NCBI GenBank assembly: GCA_949284685.1
Contig: CASDWE010000001.1
Location: 17,216-81,215 of the forward strand
Direction of reading: 5' to 3'
DNA length: 64,000 nt
From: an uncultured bacterium
GTDB lineage: Bacteria > Bacillota_I > Bacilli_A > RFN20 > CAG-826
The position numbers and the translations under genes are program-made. Below the pieces are notes generated by a model. It made no database searches and was not told where the DNA came from. It worked only from the letters and a program-made list of their open reading frames with translations. Shown here piece by piece: positions 29,514 to 38,368 of the stretch; within the stretch, counting starts at the first letter, position 1; the number at the start of each line of letters is the position of its first letter.

Positions 29514-30584
29514 TTAGAAACCTACTAATGTGGAATCAGCTTTAAGAGCAGCTTCATCAACAACTTTGACTTCGACGACGTGATCACCATTACCTGGAAC
29601 TGGTGTGCCATCGGTTAAGTAATTCATCATATCTTCAATACCAGTAACGATCATTTCTGGTGGATATGTGACATCAAATAAATCCATTTCGCCAACCCAA
29701 GCATCATATTCGGTTTGTCTTTCGTGGTTACCACGGATTACTTGATACATTTCTTCTAAACCAGAAGAAGATGCGATAACATCAACTGAGGCTTTGAAAG
29801 CTTCTTTTTTAGCAGTTTCGATTTCATTTGATGCTAAAGCTTCAAGGATACCTAATGAAATTTCAGAGTCGTGTGTAAAAACAAATCTGAAAGCAGAAAT
29901 ATCTGCGGTTGTATTAATCCAATCAACAAATAATTGGTGAGCTGTATCTCTTGACCAACCAGTGTAATCAGTACTTACGATAGCAGCATCGATTTCTGCA
30001 TCAGTCCAACCATTGTCTCTTAAGACGGATCTAAATCCATTGTTACGTGCGATAGGAACAGTTGAATTGTCACCTGGCATAACTAAGATTTTATCTTCTT
30101 TTGTTAAGCTTAATGGTGCAGCTAAGAATCTTTTTGCTGTTAATTCACCAATCATTTCGTTGTTACCACGAACATCACCGATATGACCTTCAGAATTGGT
30201 AATTGTGTCATTGCTAATAACACGGTCAACTTGTAAGAATGGGATTCCGCTTTGTGCTAAAACGTTAAGACCATTTTCAACAGTGTTGTCCCATGGAAGT
30301 GTAACAACAGCGGCGATTTGATCTTTGCCACGTCCAGCTAAATCTTCGTATTGGGAAATTTGATCTTCGCCATCATCAGAAGTATAGACTTCATACTTAT
30401 ATGGAGCATCTTCTGTGTTGTGTTCGTCTGCCCAAGTTTGTGCATTACGTAAGATAGCACCTGTCCAACCATGGTCTGCAGATGGAACCAAAATTGCAAA
30501 TTCTGGTTTTGATGGATTACATGCTGCAAGAGTGCCAACTAGCATCGCTACTGCTGCTAAGCCAGCTAATTTTGTTGTTTTCAT
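29514..30584 (-). CDS. Sugar ABC transporter substrate-binding lipoprotein (periplasmic-binding-protein type I fold)
   Basis: Lipoprotein signal MKTTKLAGLAAVAMLVGTLAAC. About 44% GC in a hand-counted 100-nt sample, against 22-33% in its neighbours. Ala/Gly/Asp/Thr/Val-rich composition. Confidence 0.65.
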   Translation of the reverse strand: MKTTKLAGLAAVAMLVGTLAACNPSKPEFAILVPSADHGWTGAILRNAQTWADEHNTEDAPYKYEVYTSDDGEDQISQYEDLAGRGKDQIAAVVTLPWDNTVENGLNVLAQSGIPFLQVDRVISNDTITNSEGHIGDVRGNNEMIGELTAKRFLAAPLSLTKEDKILVMPGDNSTVPIARNNGFRSVLRDNGWTDAEIDAAIVSTDYTGWSRDTAHQLFVDWINTTADISAFRFVFTHDSEISLGILEALASNEIETAKKEAFKASVDVIASSSGLEEMYQVIRGNHERQTEYDAWVGEMDLFDVTYPPEMIVTGIEDMMNYLTDGTPVPGNGDHVVEVKVVDEAALKADSTLVGF

Positions 30585-30647
30585 AGAAATTTTTCCTCCT
30601 TTTGTATATAGAAATTTCTATTTACAGGGTGAAACACCCCTAAAACC

Positions 30648-31799
30648 TTATTTGTATTCGACCCACTTGCCTTCTTTTGAAGATTCAATGGCCTTGTGGA
30701 TAAATTTAACACCATCGACACCATTACTGACATTTTGGAAATCTAGATCAGCTTCAGTAACAGTTTCGTGGTTTTTCTTTTTAAGAATTGTGGTGATAAC
30801 ATTTTTATAAATGTTTGCAAAGGCAATAACTAGACCTTCAGGATGACCAACTGGAATTCTTGAATAATGTCCAGCATCATATTTCATCGTATAAGATCCG
30901 CCTCTTGCCCATGTTTGAGTTGGTTCACCTTTTGGTGTGACATAAAGATAATCAGGATGTTCTTGTGCCCATTCAATTGAGCCTTTTTCACCATAGATTC
31001 TAAATACTAAACCATTAAGATGACCACATGCAACTTGAGAACACCATAAAGCTGCTCTAACACCATTTTCATATTCTAATATCATGTTAGCGTTTAAATC
31101 TAATGCCATACCATAGTTATCTGTGGTACAAACTAGACGTTTGATATCAAGACCTGTTAAATAATGTACGATATTTTCAGCGTGAGTGCCAATATCTCCT
31201 ATACAATTTGAAATACCAGAATATTTTGGATCACTTCTCCAGACGCTTAGTGTCGTTGCTTTTTGATTTTTTGGATCTAAAGAATCGATAAGCCAATCTT
31301 GTGCATATTCAACATTGATATTAACAATCTTACCAATCTCGCCTTTTTTAATCATTTCACGAGCAACTTTAACCATTGTATAGCCAGTATAAGTATAGGT
31401 AATTGCAAATACTAAGTCTCTTTCTTTAGCTAATTTTTCTAATTCTTCAGCTTCTTTGATAGTAAAGCATAAAGGTTTCTCACAAACGACATTGATATTA
31501 TGAAGCAAGAATTCTTTAGCAACTTGATAATGTAAGAAGTTTGGAGTACAAATGCTTACCCAATCAATACCATCTTCACGTTGAGATTCTTTTTCTGCCA
31601 TTTCTTTATAATCAAGATAATTTCTTGACATATCGACACCATAAGCAATCGCGGTTTCTTTCCCTAAGACTGGATCAATTGAGAAACAACCCGCTACTAA
31701 TTTAGCTCTTGTATCAAAATTAATAGCTTTACGATGGACTTCACCAATAAAGGCTTTTAAGTCACCACCGACCATTCCATAACGAAGACATTTTTCCAT
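30648..31799 (-). CDS. Gfo/Idh/MocA-family NAD(P)-dependent oxidoreductase
   Basis: 383 aa with an N-terminal Rossmann domain (GMVGGD...) and a C-terminal GFO_IDH_MocA_C-like domain. Confidence 0.75.
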   Translation of the reverse strand: MEKCLRYGMVGGDLKAFIGEVHRKAINFDTRAKLVAGCFSIDPVLGKETAIAYGVDMSRNYLDYKEMAEKESQREDGIDWVSICTPNFLHYQVAKEFLLHNINVVCEKPLCFTIKEAEELEKLAKERDLVFAITYTYTGYTMVKVAREMIKKGEIGKIVNINVEYAQDWLIDSLDPKNQKATTLSVWRSDPKYSGISNCIGDIGTHAENIVHYLTGLDIKRLVCTTDNYGMALDLNANMILEYENGVRAALWCSQVACGHLNGLVFRIYGEKGSIEWAQEHPDYLYVTPKGEPTQTWARGGSYTMKYDAGHYSRIPVGHPEGLVIAFANIYKNVITTILKKKNHETVTEADLDFQNVSNGVDGVKFIHKAIESSKEGKWVEYK

Positions 31800-31844
31800 A
31801 TTTTGAATTATCTCCTTTTATTTCCTTATTAGAATTATTATAAA

Positions 31845-32849
31845 TTATTTGTTTGAAATTGCATCATCAAACTTGATGGAAGAAGGTTCAAAATCAACTT
31901 TTCGGACAAACGCACAGGCTTCTGTCGCACCGCTTACACGTTCCATACCGGAATCTTCCCATTCAACTGCTAATGCACAATTCATATGATGTTCATTTAA
32001 AACGCGAATGATTTCTTCAAAATTAACTTGACCATGTCCTAATGAACGGAAATTCCAACCTCTTTTTAAACTTCCAAAATCAATATGGCTGCCTAACAAT
32101 CCGGTTCTACCATCTAATGTAACAGCAGCATCTTTCATATGAACGTTATAAACGCGATCAATGAAATCTTCCAAGAAGACATGAGGAGTAACGCCTTGCC
32201 ATAATAAATGGGATGGATCAAAATTTAAACCAAATTCTGGGCGATCTTTAAATTCTTCTAAAAGACGTTTTGTGCTGTAATAGTCAAAAGCAATTTCGCC
32301 TGGATGAACTTCTAAAGCAAATTTAATACCATTTTCTTTAAATACATCAAGAATTGGTAGCCAAACTTCACGAACTTTTCTAAATCCAGCTTCAACCATT
32401 TCTTCAGGTGTTTGTGGGAAACTATATAAGTAACGCCAAATTGGTGATCCAGTAAAGCCACTGACAACACTAACACCTAGTTTTTTAGCAACTACAGCAA
32501 CTTTTTTCATGGATTCAACAGCCCATTTTCTAATTTCATCTGGTTTATCAGCTAAACGGGAAGGTGCAAAATTATTCAATCTTGGGTCGTCTAAATCACA
32601 AGTACATTGACCGATGATATGTGCGGCTAATGCAGAAAGAACTAAACCATTTTTCTTTAAAGTGTTTTTGATAAATTCGATGTACTTATCATCTTCATAA
32701 GCACGATCTAAGTCAAAAGCATTTCCCCATACTGCTAATTCAAGGCCATCATAACCCATTTTTTTAGCAGTTGCACATAGAGTTTCAAAATCCATGTCAG
32801 ACCACTGACAAGTGACGAGTGTAACTAATCTTTTTCCCATAAAATTCAT
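31845..32849 (-). CDS. Sugar phosphate isomerase/epimerase (xylose-isomerase-like TIM barrel, AP_endonuc_2 family)
   Basis: 334-aa TIM-barrel family protein that sits between the LacI regulator and the oxidoreductase. Confidence 0.65.
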   Translation of the reverse strand: MNFMGKRLVTLVTCQWSDMDFETLCATAKKMGYDGLELAVWGNAFDLDRAYEDDKYIEFIKNTLKKNGLVLSALAAHIIGQCTCDLDDPRLNNFAPSRLADKPDEIRKWAVESMKKVAVVAKKLGVSVVSGFTGSPIWRYLYSFPQTPEEMVEAGFRKVREVWLPILDVFKENGIKFALEVHPGEIAFDYYSTKRLLEEFKDRPEFGLNFDPSHLLWQGVTPHVFLEDFIDRVYNVHMKDAAVTLDGRTGLLGSHIDFGSLKRGWNFRSLGHGQVNFEEIIRVLNEHHMNCALAVEWEDSGMERVSGATEACAFVRKVDFEPSSIKFDDAISNK

Positions 32850-32858
32850 CTCCTTTTC

Positions 32859-33890
32859 TTAATCTTCGTATTTATCTAATTTATGTGGAATATATGATTC
32901 TTTTAAAATTACAGAGTTGTCTATAATTTTAAGAGGCTCAATCTTGGTTTCTCTAATGAAATAATCATAAAATATATCAACAGATTTAACACCTTGTGTA
33001 TATGGATGTTGCGTGATGGTTGCAGATACAATTCCTTCTTGCAATCCTTTTTCTATCTCATTAGATTGGTCAACTGTAATAGCCTTAATATTATAGTGGT
33101 TTTCCATATTAGCGTCTCTTATTGCTCTAATTCCACCGCTACTACCAGAACCAAAGAAAATTATATAATCAATTTTGTCATTAAATTCTTTAATTAAATC
33201 ATTAACAACAATATGACATTTGCCAGAACTATCATAATTTTGTCTAATGTCTAAAATATTAACATCTTTTCTTATTACAGATTTAAATCCTTCTATTCTC
33301 TGTCTTTGACCATTATGAGTTAATGAACCAACTACTATTGCCACATTAGCGTCTTTTCTTAAAACTAAATTTGCAAAATTAGCAACAAGTGAACCACAAT
33401 TTTTATAATCGACACCGACATATGCTAAATTTTTGCATGGTAAATTAACATTTGTGCAAACAACAGGAACTTTGATTTTATTAATTCGATCGATGACTTC
33501 TTTATCATCTAAAGCAGTAATAATTAATCCAGAAAGTTCAGCGTTATCTAATTCATCCAAAGCTTTAATCACAGATTTAGGATCAAACAAATTAACTCTT
33601 TTTAAAACAAGAGAAAATCCATAATTTTTATATTTTTCAATTTCTCTTGCGATTCCATCTATAATTAAAGAGAAAAAAGAATTATTTATTGAGCCAATAA
33701 TTGCACCAATAACAAATTTTCTAGTATTAGATAAACTACGGCCTAATTCATTTTTTACATAATTAGTCTCTTGAATAACTTTTAAAATTCTAGCTTCAAC
33801 TTCTTTTCTAACTTTACCTCTATTGTTAACAACACGATCAACGGTTCCTCTAGAAGTATTAGCAAGTACAGCAATCTCTTTAATAGTCAT
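32859..33890 (-). CDS. LacI-family transcriptional regulator
   Basis: N-terminal HTH (MTIKEIAVLANTSRGTVDRVVNN) followed by a periplasmic-binding-protein-like sugar-binding domain. Confidence 0.85.
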   Translation of the reverse strand: MTIKEIAVLANTSRGTVDRVVNNRGKVRKEVEARILKVIQETNYVKNELGRSLSNTRKFVIGAIIGSINNSFFSLIIDGIAREIEKYKNYGFSLVLKRVNLFDPKSVIKALDELDNAELSGLIITALDDKEVIDRINKIKVPVVCTNVNLPCKNLAYVGVDYKNCGSLVANFANLVLRKDANVAIVVGSLTHNGQRQRIEGFKSVIRKDVNILDIRQNYDSSGKCHIVVNDLIKEFNDKIDYIIFFGSGSSGGIRAIRDANMENHYNIKAITVDQSNEIEKGLQEGIVSATITQHPYTQGVKSVDIFYDYFIRETKIEPLKIIDNSVILKESYIPHKLDKYED

Positions 33891-33914
33891 ATTTCACCTT
33901 AATTTAATTATTTG

Positions 33915-33983
33915 TGTGCACGTTCACATTATTAATTTATCATAAAACAAAATTGTGTCAACATTTTTTTGTGCACGTGAACA
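33915..33983. promoter_or_regulatory. Two candidate LacI-type operators with CG-centred palindromes upstream of the LacI-led xylose operon
   Basis: TGTGCACGTTCACA at 33915-33928 and TGTGCACGTGAACA at 33970-33983. Each has TGTG..CG..CACA half-site symmetry. Confidence 0.4.
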
Positions 33984-34061
33984 TATTATTTTAAAATTTA
34001 TAAAAAATAGCACTGGAACCAGCACTATTTCATATTTAAATTATATTATAGATAGTAAAAT

Positions 34062-35474
34062 TTAGGCTTTTTCAACTTTAATAGTATTTGTGTTTCCACT
34101 TAAACCATTAATTTCTCCGCCAGTTAAAACAACATTATCACCATCATTAAGTTTTAAAATTTTTTTCGCGGCATTTAAAGCATCCTCATACATCTCATCT
34201 GTTGTTTTGCATTGTTTGCCTAATGTTGGCGTTACACCCCATGACAATGCTAATTTACGATAAACTTTTTCACGTGTAGTAATACCTACAATATCAATTG
34301 GACAACGAAAACGCGATACCATTCTAACAGTCATTCCACTTAAAGAAGAAACTACAATAGCTTTTGCATTGACATCAATAGCCATAGCACATGTCGCATG
34401 TGATAATGCATCAGTATTATTTCGAATAATAAAATTAGTAGTTTTAAACCAATGACGATAATCGATTCCTTTTTCGGTATATTCAGCAATTTGTGCCATA
34501 TTTTTAACCGCTAAAACAGGATATTTTCCACTGGCAGTCTCACCCGAAAGCATTACCGAACTAGAACCATCATAAACAGCATTAGCGACATCATTAATTT
34601 CAGCACGTGTTGGACGAGGATTACGAATCATCGATTCTAACATTTCGGTCGCAGTAATTACTCTTTTACCTAACAAACGGCACTTTTTGATTAGAAATTT
34701 TTGAACGGTTGGTACTTCAATAAAAGGAATTTCTACTCCTAAATCACCACGCGCAATCATAATTCCGTCACACACTTGACAAATTTCATCAATTTTATCA
34801 ACACCACTTCTATTTTCTATCTTAGCGATTATATCGATGTCTTCACCGCCATTATCATTTAAAAATTTTCTCATGCTAGCGACATCTTCTTTATTAGATA
34901 CAAAACTTGCAGCGACAAAATCAACATCATTTTTAATACCAAATAATAAATCATCTTTATCAGCTTGGCTTAAAAATTCATGATTTAAAACTTTATTAGG
35001 AAAATTCATTGATTTGCGATCGCTAATTTCTCCACCTGCAACTACTTTACAAATCGCATCATGACCTTGTAATTTTTCAACTGTAAAAATAACAAGACCA
35101 TTATTAACCATAATCGTATCGCCGACTTCTAAATCATCCACTAAATGATCATAATTAACACTAACACGATTTTGATCGCCAACAATGTCATCAGTCGTAA
35201 AAGTAAATGTATCACCATCTTTTAAAACGATCGATTTGTTTTTAAAAGTTTTAATACGATATTCAGGACCCTTAGTGTCAAGCATAATAGCGATTGGCAA
35301 GTGCAATTTTTCTCTAACTTTTTTAATCATATCAATTTTTTGTTGATGTTCTTCGTGAGTGCCGTGGGAAAAATTTAATCGTGCGACATTCATTCCTGCT
35401 AAACACATTTGTGTCAAAGTTTCTTCATCTTGACATGATGGACCAATAGTACAAATAATTTTTGTTTTTCTCAT
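34062..35474 (-). CDS. pyk: Pyruvate kinase
   Basis: 470 aa with typical PK motifs (MRKTKIICTIGPS, MVARGDLGVEIP). Confidence 0.9.
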   Translation of the reverse strand: MRKTKIICTIGPSCQDEETLTQMCLAGMNVARLNFSHGTHEEHQQKIDMIKKVREKLHLPIAIMLDTKGPEYRIKTFKNKSIVLKDGDTFTFTTDDIVGDQNRVSVNYDHLVDDLEVGDTIMVNNGLVIFTVEKLQGHDAICKVVAGGEISDRKSMNFPNKVLNHEFLSQADKDDLLFGIKNDVDFVAASFVSNKEDVASMRKFLNDNGGEDIDIIAKIENRSGVDKIDEICQVCDGIMIARGDLGVEIPFIEVPTVQKFLIKKCRLLGKRVITATEMLESMIRNPRPTRAEINDVANAVYDGSSSVMLSGETASGKYPVLAVKNMAQIAEYTEKGIDYRHWFKTTNFIIRNNTDALSHATCAMAIDVNAKAIVVSSLSGMTVRMVSRFRCPIDIVGITTREKVYRKLALSWGVTPTLGKQCKTTDEMYEDALNAAKKILKLNDGDNVVLTGGEINGLSGNTNTIKVEKA

Positions 35475-35479
35475 TTTTC

Positions 35480-36403
35480 TTACTTCCTATTCTTTTCTTT
35501 ATTTCTTTTATCGTTAATTGTTTTCATGACTTCAGCATCGATATAAGTAATATTATTCTCTTTAGCGTATTTAACGCATCCTTGTAAAACGAGTTTTAAA
35601 AATACACGGGGTACTTTAACTAACATTTGACAAGCTTCATCACTAAATTTAATATCAGGGTCTATTCTTCCAGCCGCATATTTAACGCTTTGAATATCCG
35701 CTTCTTTTCCAGCAGGAATAGGCATAGCTATAGGACGTTTAAATTTGCTATACCAAAAATTAGTGCTGTCACGATAACCATAATCTACTGGAACACGTGG
35801 AAAATTGTTAGATTTAACACCATTAATAATTGAATTATAATATTTTTCTTTCATTAAAATTTTGTCAATTTTTAAAATGAAATGACAACCAAATTTACTA
35901 GTTACACCATTAAAATTACGATATGGTCCTTCAATACCTTCTAGTTGACCAACTTTGTCTTTATCTAAATAAGCATCCTCTAATTTATCATCCCAAGTAC
36001 ACTCGAAAACTTGAAAAGCATCTTTTAAAACTTTTGGTCTAGTTCCTTTTGCTAACCCATCTTCGAATTCTAATGGACAATCCTTCATTTTTTCTTTGCT
36101 TGTTTCGCCCGGAAAACCAAGACGGACAGTTTCTTTAAAAAGTTTTTTATCATCTAATAAAAAGTTAAGAGCACATTTTCCTCTTTTTAAAATATTTTGT
36201 GCGGTATTAGATGAATTTCGACATTCTAAAATCATCGCATAGTAATCTTTGCCAGCTATATAATAAGGAAAACATAAAGAATATGCTCCTAAGGTAGTAT
36301 TTCCATCGTCATCAATAGTGGAAATTAGTATTGTTGGCATTGGAAAGAAAGCTGATGTCTGGTAAAAATTATCTACAATTCTTAAATCTTTAAAAGAACT
36401 CAT
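35480..36403 (-). CDS. Flavin-reductase-like (FMN-binding split-barrel) protein with a C-terminal PCP_red-like domain
   Basis: ATG 36403 is preceded by GGAGGG 13 nt upstream; the track start at 36439 is further upstream. The N-terminus has a flavin-reductase-like fold pattern. The C-terminal ~50 aa resemble the protochlorophyllide-reductase 57-kDa C-terminal domain family. Confidence 0.45.
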   Translation of the reverse strand: MSSFKDLRIVDNFYQTSAFFPMPTILISTIDDDGNTTLGAYSLCFPYYIAGKDYYAMILECRNSSNTAQNILKRGKCALNFLLDDKKLFKETVRLGFPGETSKEKMKDCPLEFEDGLAKGTRPKVLKDAFQVFECTWDDKLEDAYLDKDKVGQLEGIEGPYRNFNGVTSKFGCHFILKIDKILMKEKYYNSIINGVKSNNFPRVPVDYGYRDSTNFWYSKFKRPIAMPIPAGKEADIQSVKYAAGRIDPDIKFSDEACQMLVKVPRVFLKLVLQGCVKYAKENNITYIDAEVMKTINDKRNKEKNRK

Positions 36404-36556
36404 AAATATTTTGACCCTCCAAAAAAATATTATATGCAAGTATTATATGAAATTCTAGTAGACACTTTGTCTTATTTATAATTTTGTTCTTGACTTATTT
36501 CTTTTAAAAAAAGAAAATACATAATGCACTGCGCAAAAAGGAGGAAGTATAAAAGT

Positions 36557-38368
36557 ATGAAAAATAAAACAAAAAATAAAACATCATACTGGACAATTGT
36601 TAAAAAAATATCTCAATCTGTCCGTGAATTCAAATTACCGATGATATTGACTCCTATTTTTGTTGGATTAGAAGTTATTATGGAGTGTATTATTCCAATT
36701 GTCATCGCGATGTTAATTGATGAATTAAACGGATTATCACAAGAACCTGCTATTACAGATGAAATAGCTAATCAAGCCATGCAAAACATATTGATATATT
36801 GTGGAATTTTATTACCACTAGCGGTTCTTAGTTTGGTATTTGGTTTATTATCAGGAAGATTTGCTGCAACTGCTTCTTTAGGTTTGTCAAGAAACTTGCG
36901 CCATGACATGTTTGAAAAAATCCAAACATTTTCTTTTGAAAACATTGATAAATATGCGACAAGTGGATTAGTAACAAGAATAACTACTGACGTCTATTAT
37001 GTCCAAATGGCGGTGATGAATATTATTCGTATCGCGGTTAGAGGACCGATGATGATTATATTTTCGCTAGTTATGTGCTTTGTTTTGGCACCACAACTAT
37101 GGTGGACATTCTTAATCATTATTCCAATCGTTGCCGCAGCCCTTTTATTCATTATATTAAAAGCTTCACCAATTTTTGTTCGCGTGTTTGATGAATACGA
37201 TGATTTAAACGATAGAATTGAAGAAAATATTAAAGGAATACGTGTCGTTAAGTCATATGTTAGAAGCGAATATGAGAAAAAATTATTTTATCAAAGAGCG
37301 AAAGCGGTTCGTGATGATTTTATCAAGGCCGATAAAATATTTGTCTTATCAAATCCAGTGATGCAATTTGCGATTTATTTATTAATTACGCTTTGTACTT
37401 ATTTTGGCGGAACCTATATCCTAAATGAAGCAATGTCAATTGGCAATTTTAACTCTTTAATGTTATATGGCGTGCAATGTTTATTTTCCTTAATGATGTT
37501 AGGACAAGTTTTGATTTCTATTACGATGGCAACAACTTCTGTCAAACGTATTTATGAAATATTAACCGAAGTTCCAACGATTAAAGATAATGATAATCCA
37601 ATCTTTGAAATCAAAGATGGTTCAATTGATTTTGATAATGTTTCTTTTAAATACAAAAAAGAAGCACAAAGATATGCATTAAGTGATGTTAATTTACATA
37701 TCAATTCAGGCGAAACAATTGGCATTATAGGTGGAACTGGAAGTGCTAAATCAACGTTAGTTAATCTTATTTCTAGACTATACGATACGACCGAGGGTGA
37801 AGTTAAAGTAGGCGGAATAAATGTTAAAGAATACGATTTAACAACATTAAGAAATAATGTCAGTGTTGTTTTACAAAAAAATATTTTATTTTCTGGATCA
37901 ATTAAAGACAATTTGCGTTGGGGAAACGAAAACGCGACTGACGAAGAAATAATTCATGCATGCAAACTTGCCTGCGCCGATGAATTCATCATGCAGTTTA
38001 AAGATGGCTATAATCATATGATTGAACAAGGTGGCACAAACGTATCTGGCGGGCAAAAACAAAGACTTTGTATCGCGCGTGCCCTATTAAAAAATCCTAA
38101 AATATTGATTTTAGATGATTCAACAAGTGCGGTTGATACAAAAACCGATGCCAAAATTAGAGCCAGTTTTAAAGAATATATTCCAGAAGTTACAAAATTT
38201 ATTATCGCACAAAGAATTTCTTCTGTTGAAGATGCAGATCGCATCATTGTTATGAACGATGGAAAAATTGATGCGGTCGGAACTCACGAACAATTATTAA
38301 AAACAAATCAAATTTATCAAGAATGTTATTATTCACAAACAAAACAAGGAGGTAGTTTAAATGACTAA
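36557..38368 (+). CDS. ABC transporter permease/ATP-binding protein, half of a heterodimeric exporter (LmrC/YheI-like)
   Basis: A 6-TM domain followed by an NBD (GGTGSAKST, LSGGQKQRLCIARA, ILILDDSTSAVD). ATG 36557 has AGGAGG 13 nt upstream. Confidence 0.8.
   Translation: MKNKTKNKTSYWTIVKKISQSVREFKLPMILTPIFVGLEVIMECIIPIVIAMLIDELNGLSQEPAITDEIANQAMQNILIYCGILLPLAVLSLVFGLLSGRFAATASLGLSRNLRHDMFEKIQTFSFENIDKYATSGLVTRITTDVYYVQMAVMNIIRIAVRGPMMIIFSLVMCFVLAPQLWWTFLIIIPIVAAALLFIILKASPIFVRVFDEYDDLNDRIEENIKGIRVVKSYVRSEYEKKLFYQRAKAVRDDFIKADKIFVLSNPVMQFAIYLLITLCTYFGGTYILNEAMSIGNFNSLMLYGVQCLFSLMMLGQVLISITMATTSVKRIYEILTEVPTIKDNDNPIFEIKDGSIDFDNVSFKYKKEAQRYALSDVNLHINSGETIGIIGGTGSAKSTLVNLISRLYDTTEGEVKVGGINVKEYDLTTLRNNVSVVLQKNILFSGSIKDNLRWGNENATDEEIIHACKLACADEFIMQFKDGYNHMIEQGGTNVSGGQKQRLCIARALLKNPKILILDDSTSAVDTKTDAKIRASFKEYIPEVTKFIIAQRISSVEDADRIIVMNDGKIDAVGTHEQLLKTNQIYQECYYSQTKQGGSLND

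Noticed and set aside
34000-34040. AGCACTGGAACCAGCACT downstream of pyk looked like a terminator hairpin
   Set aside because: The arms are direct repeats (AGCACT...AGCACT), not complementary, so no stem can form.
36524-36556. Upstream ATG start (36524) for the first ABC exporter gene
   Set aside because: It has no ribosome-binding site. ATG 36557 is preceded by AGGAGG at 36538-36543, so the 33-nt extension (MHCAKRRKYKS) was dropped.
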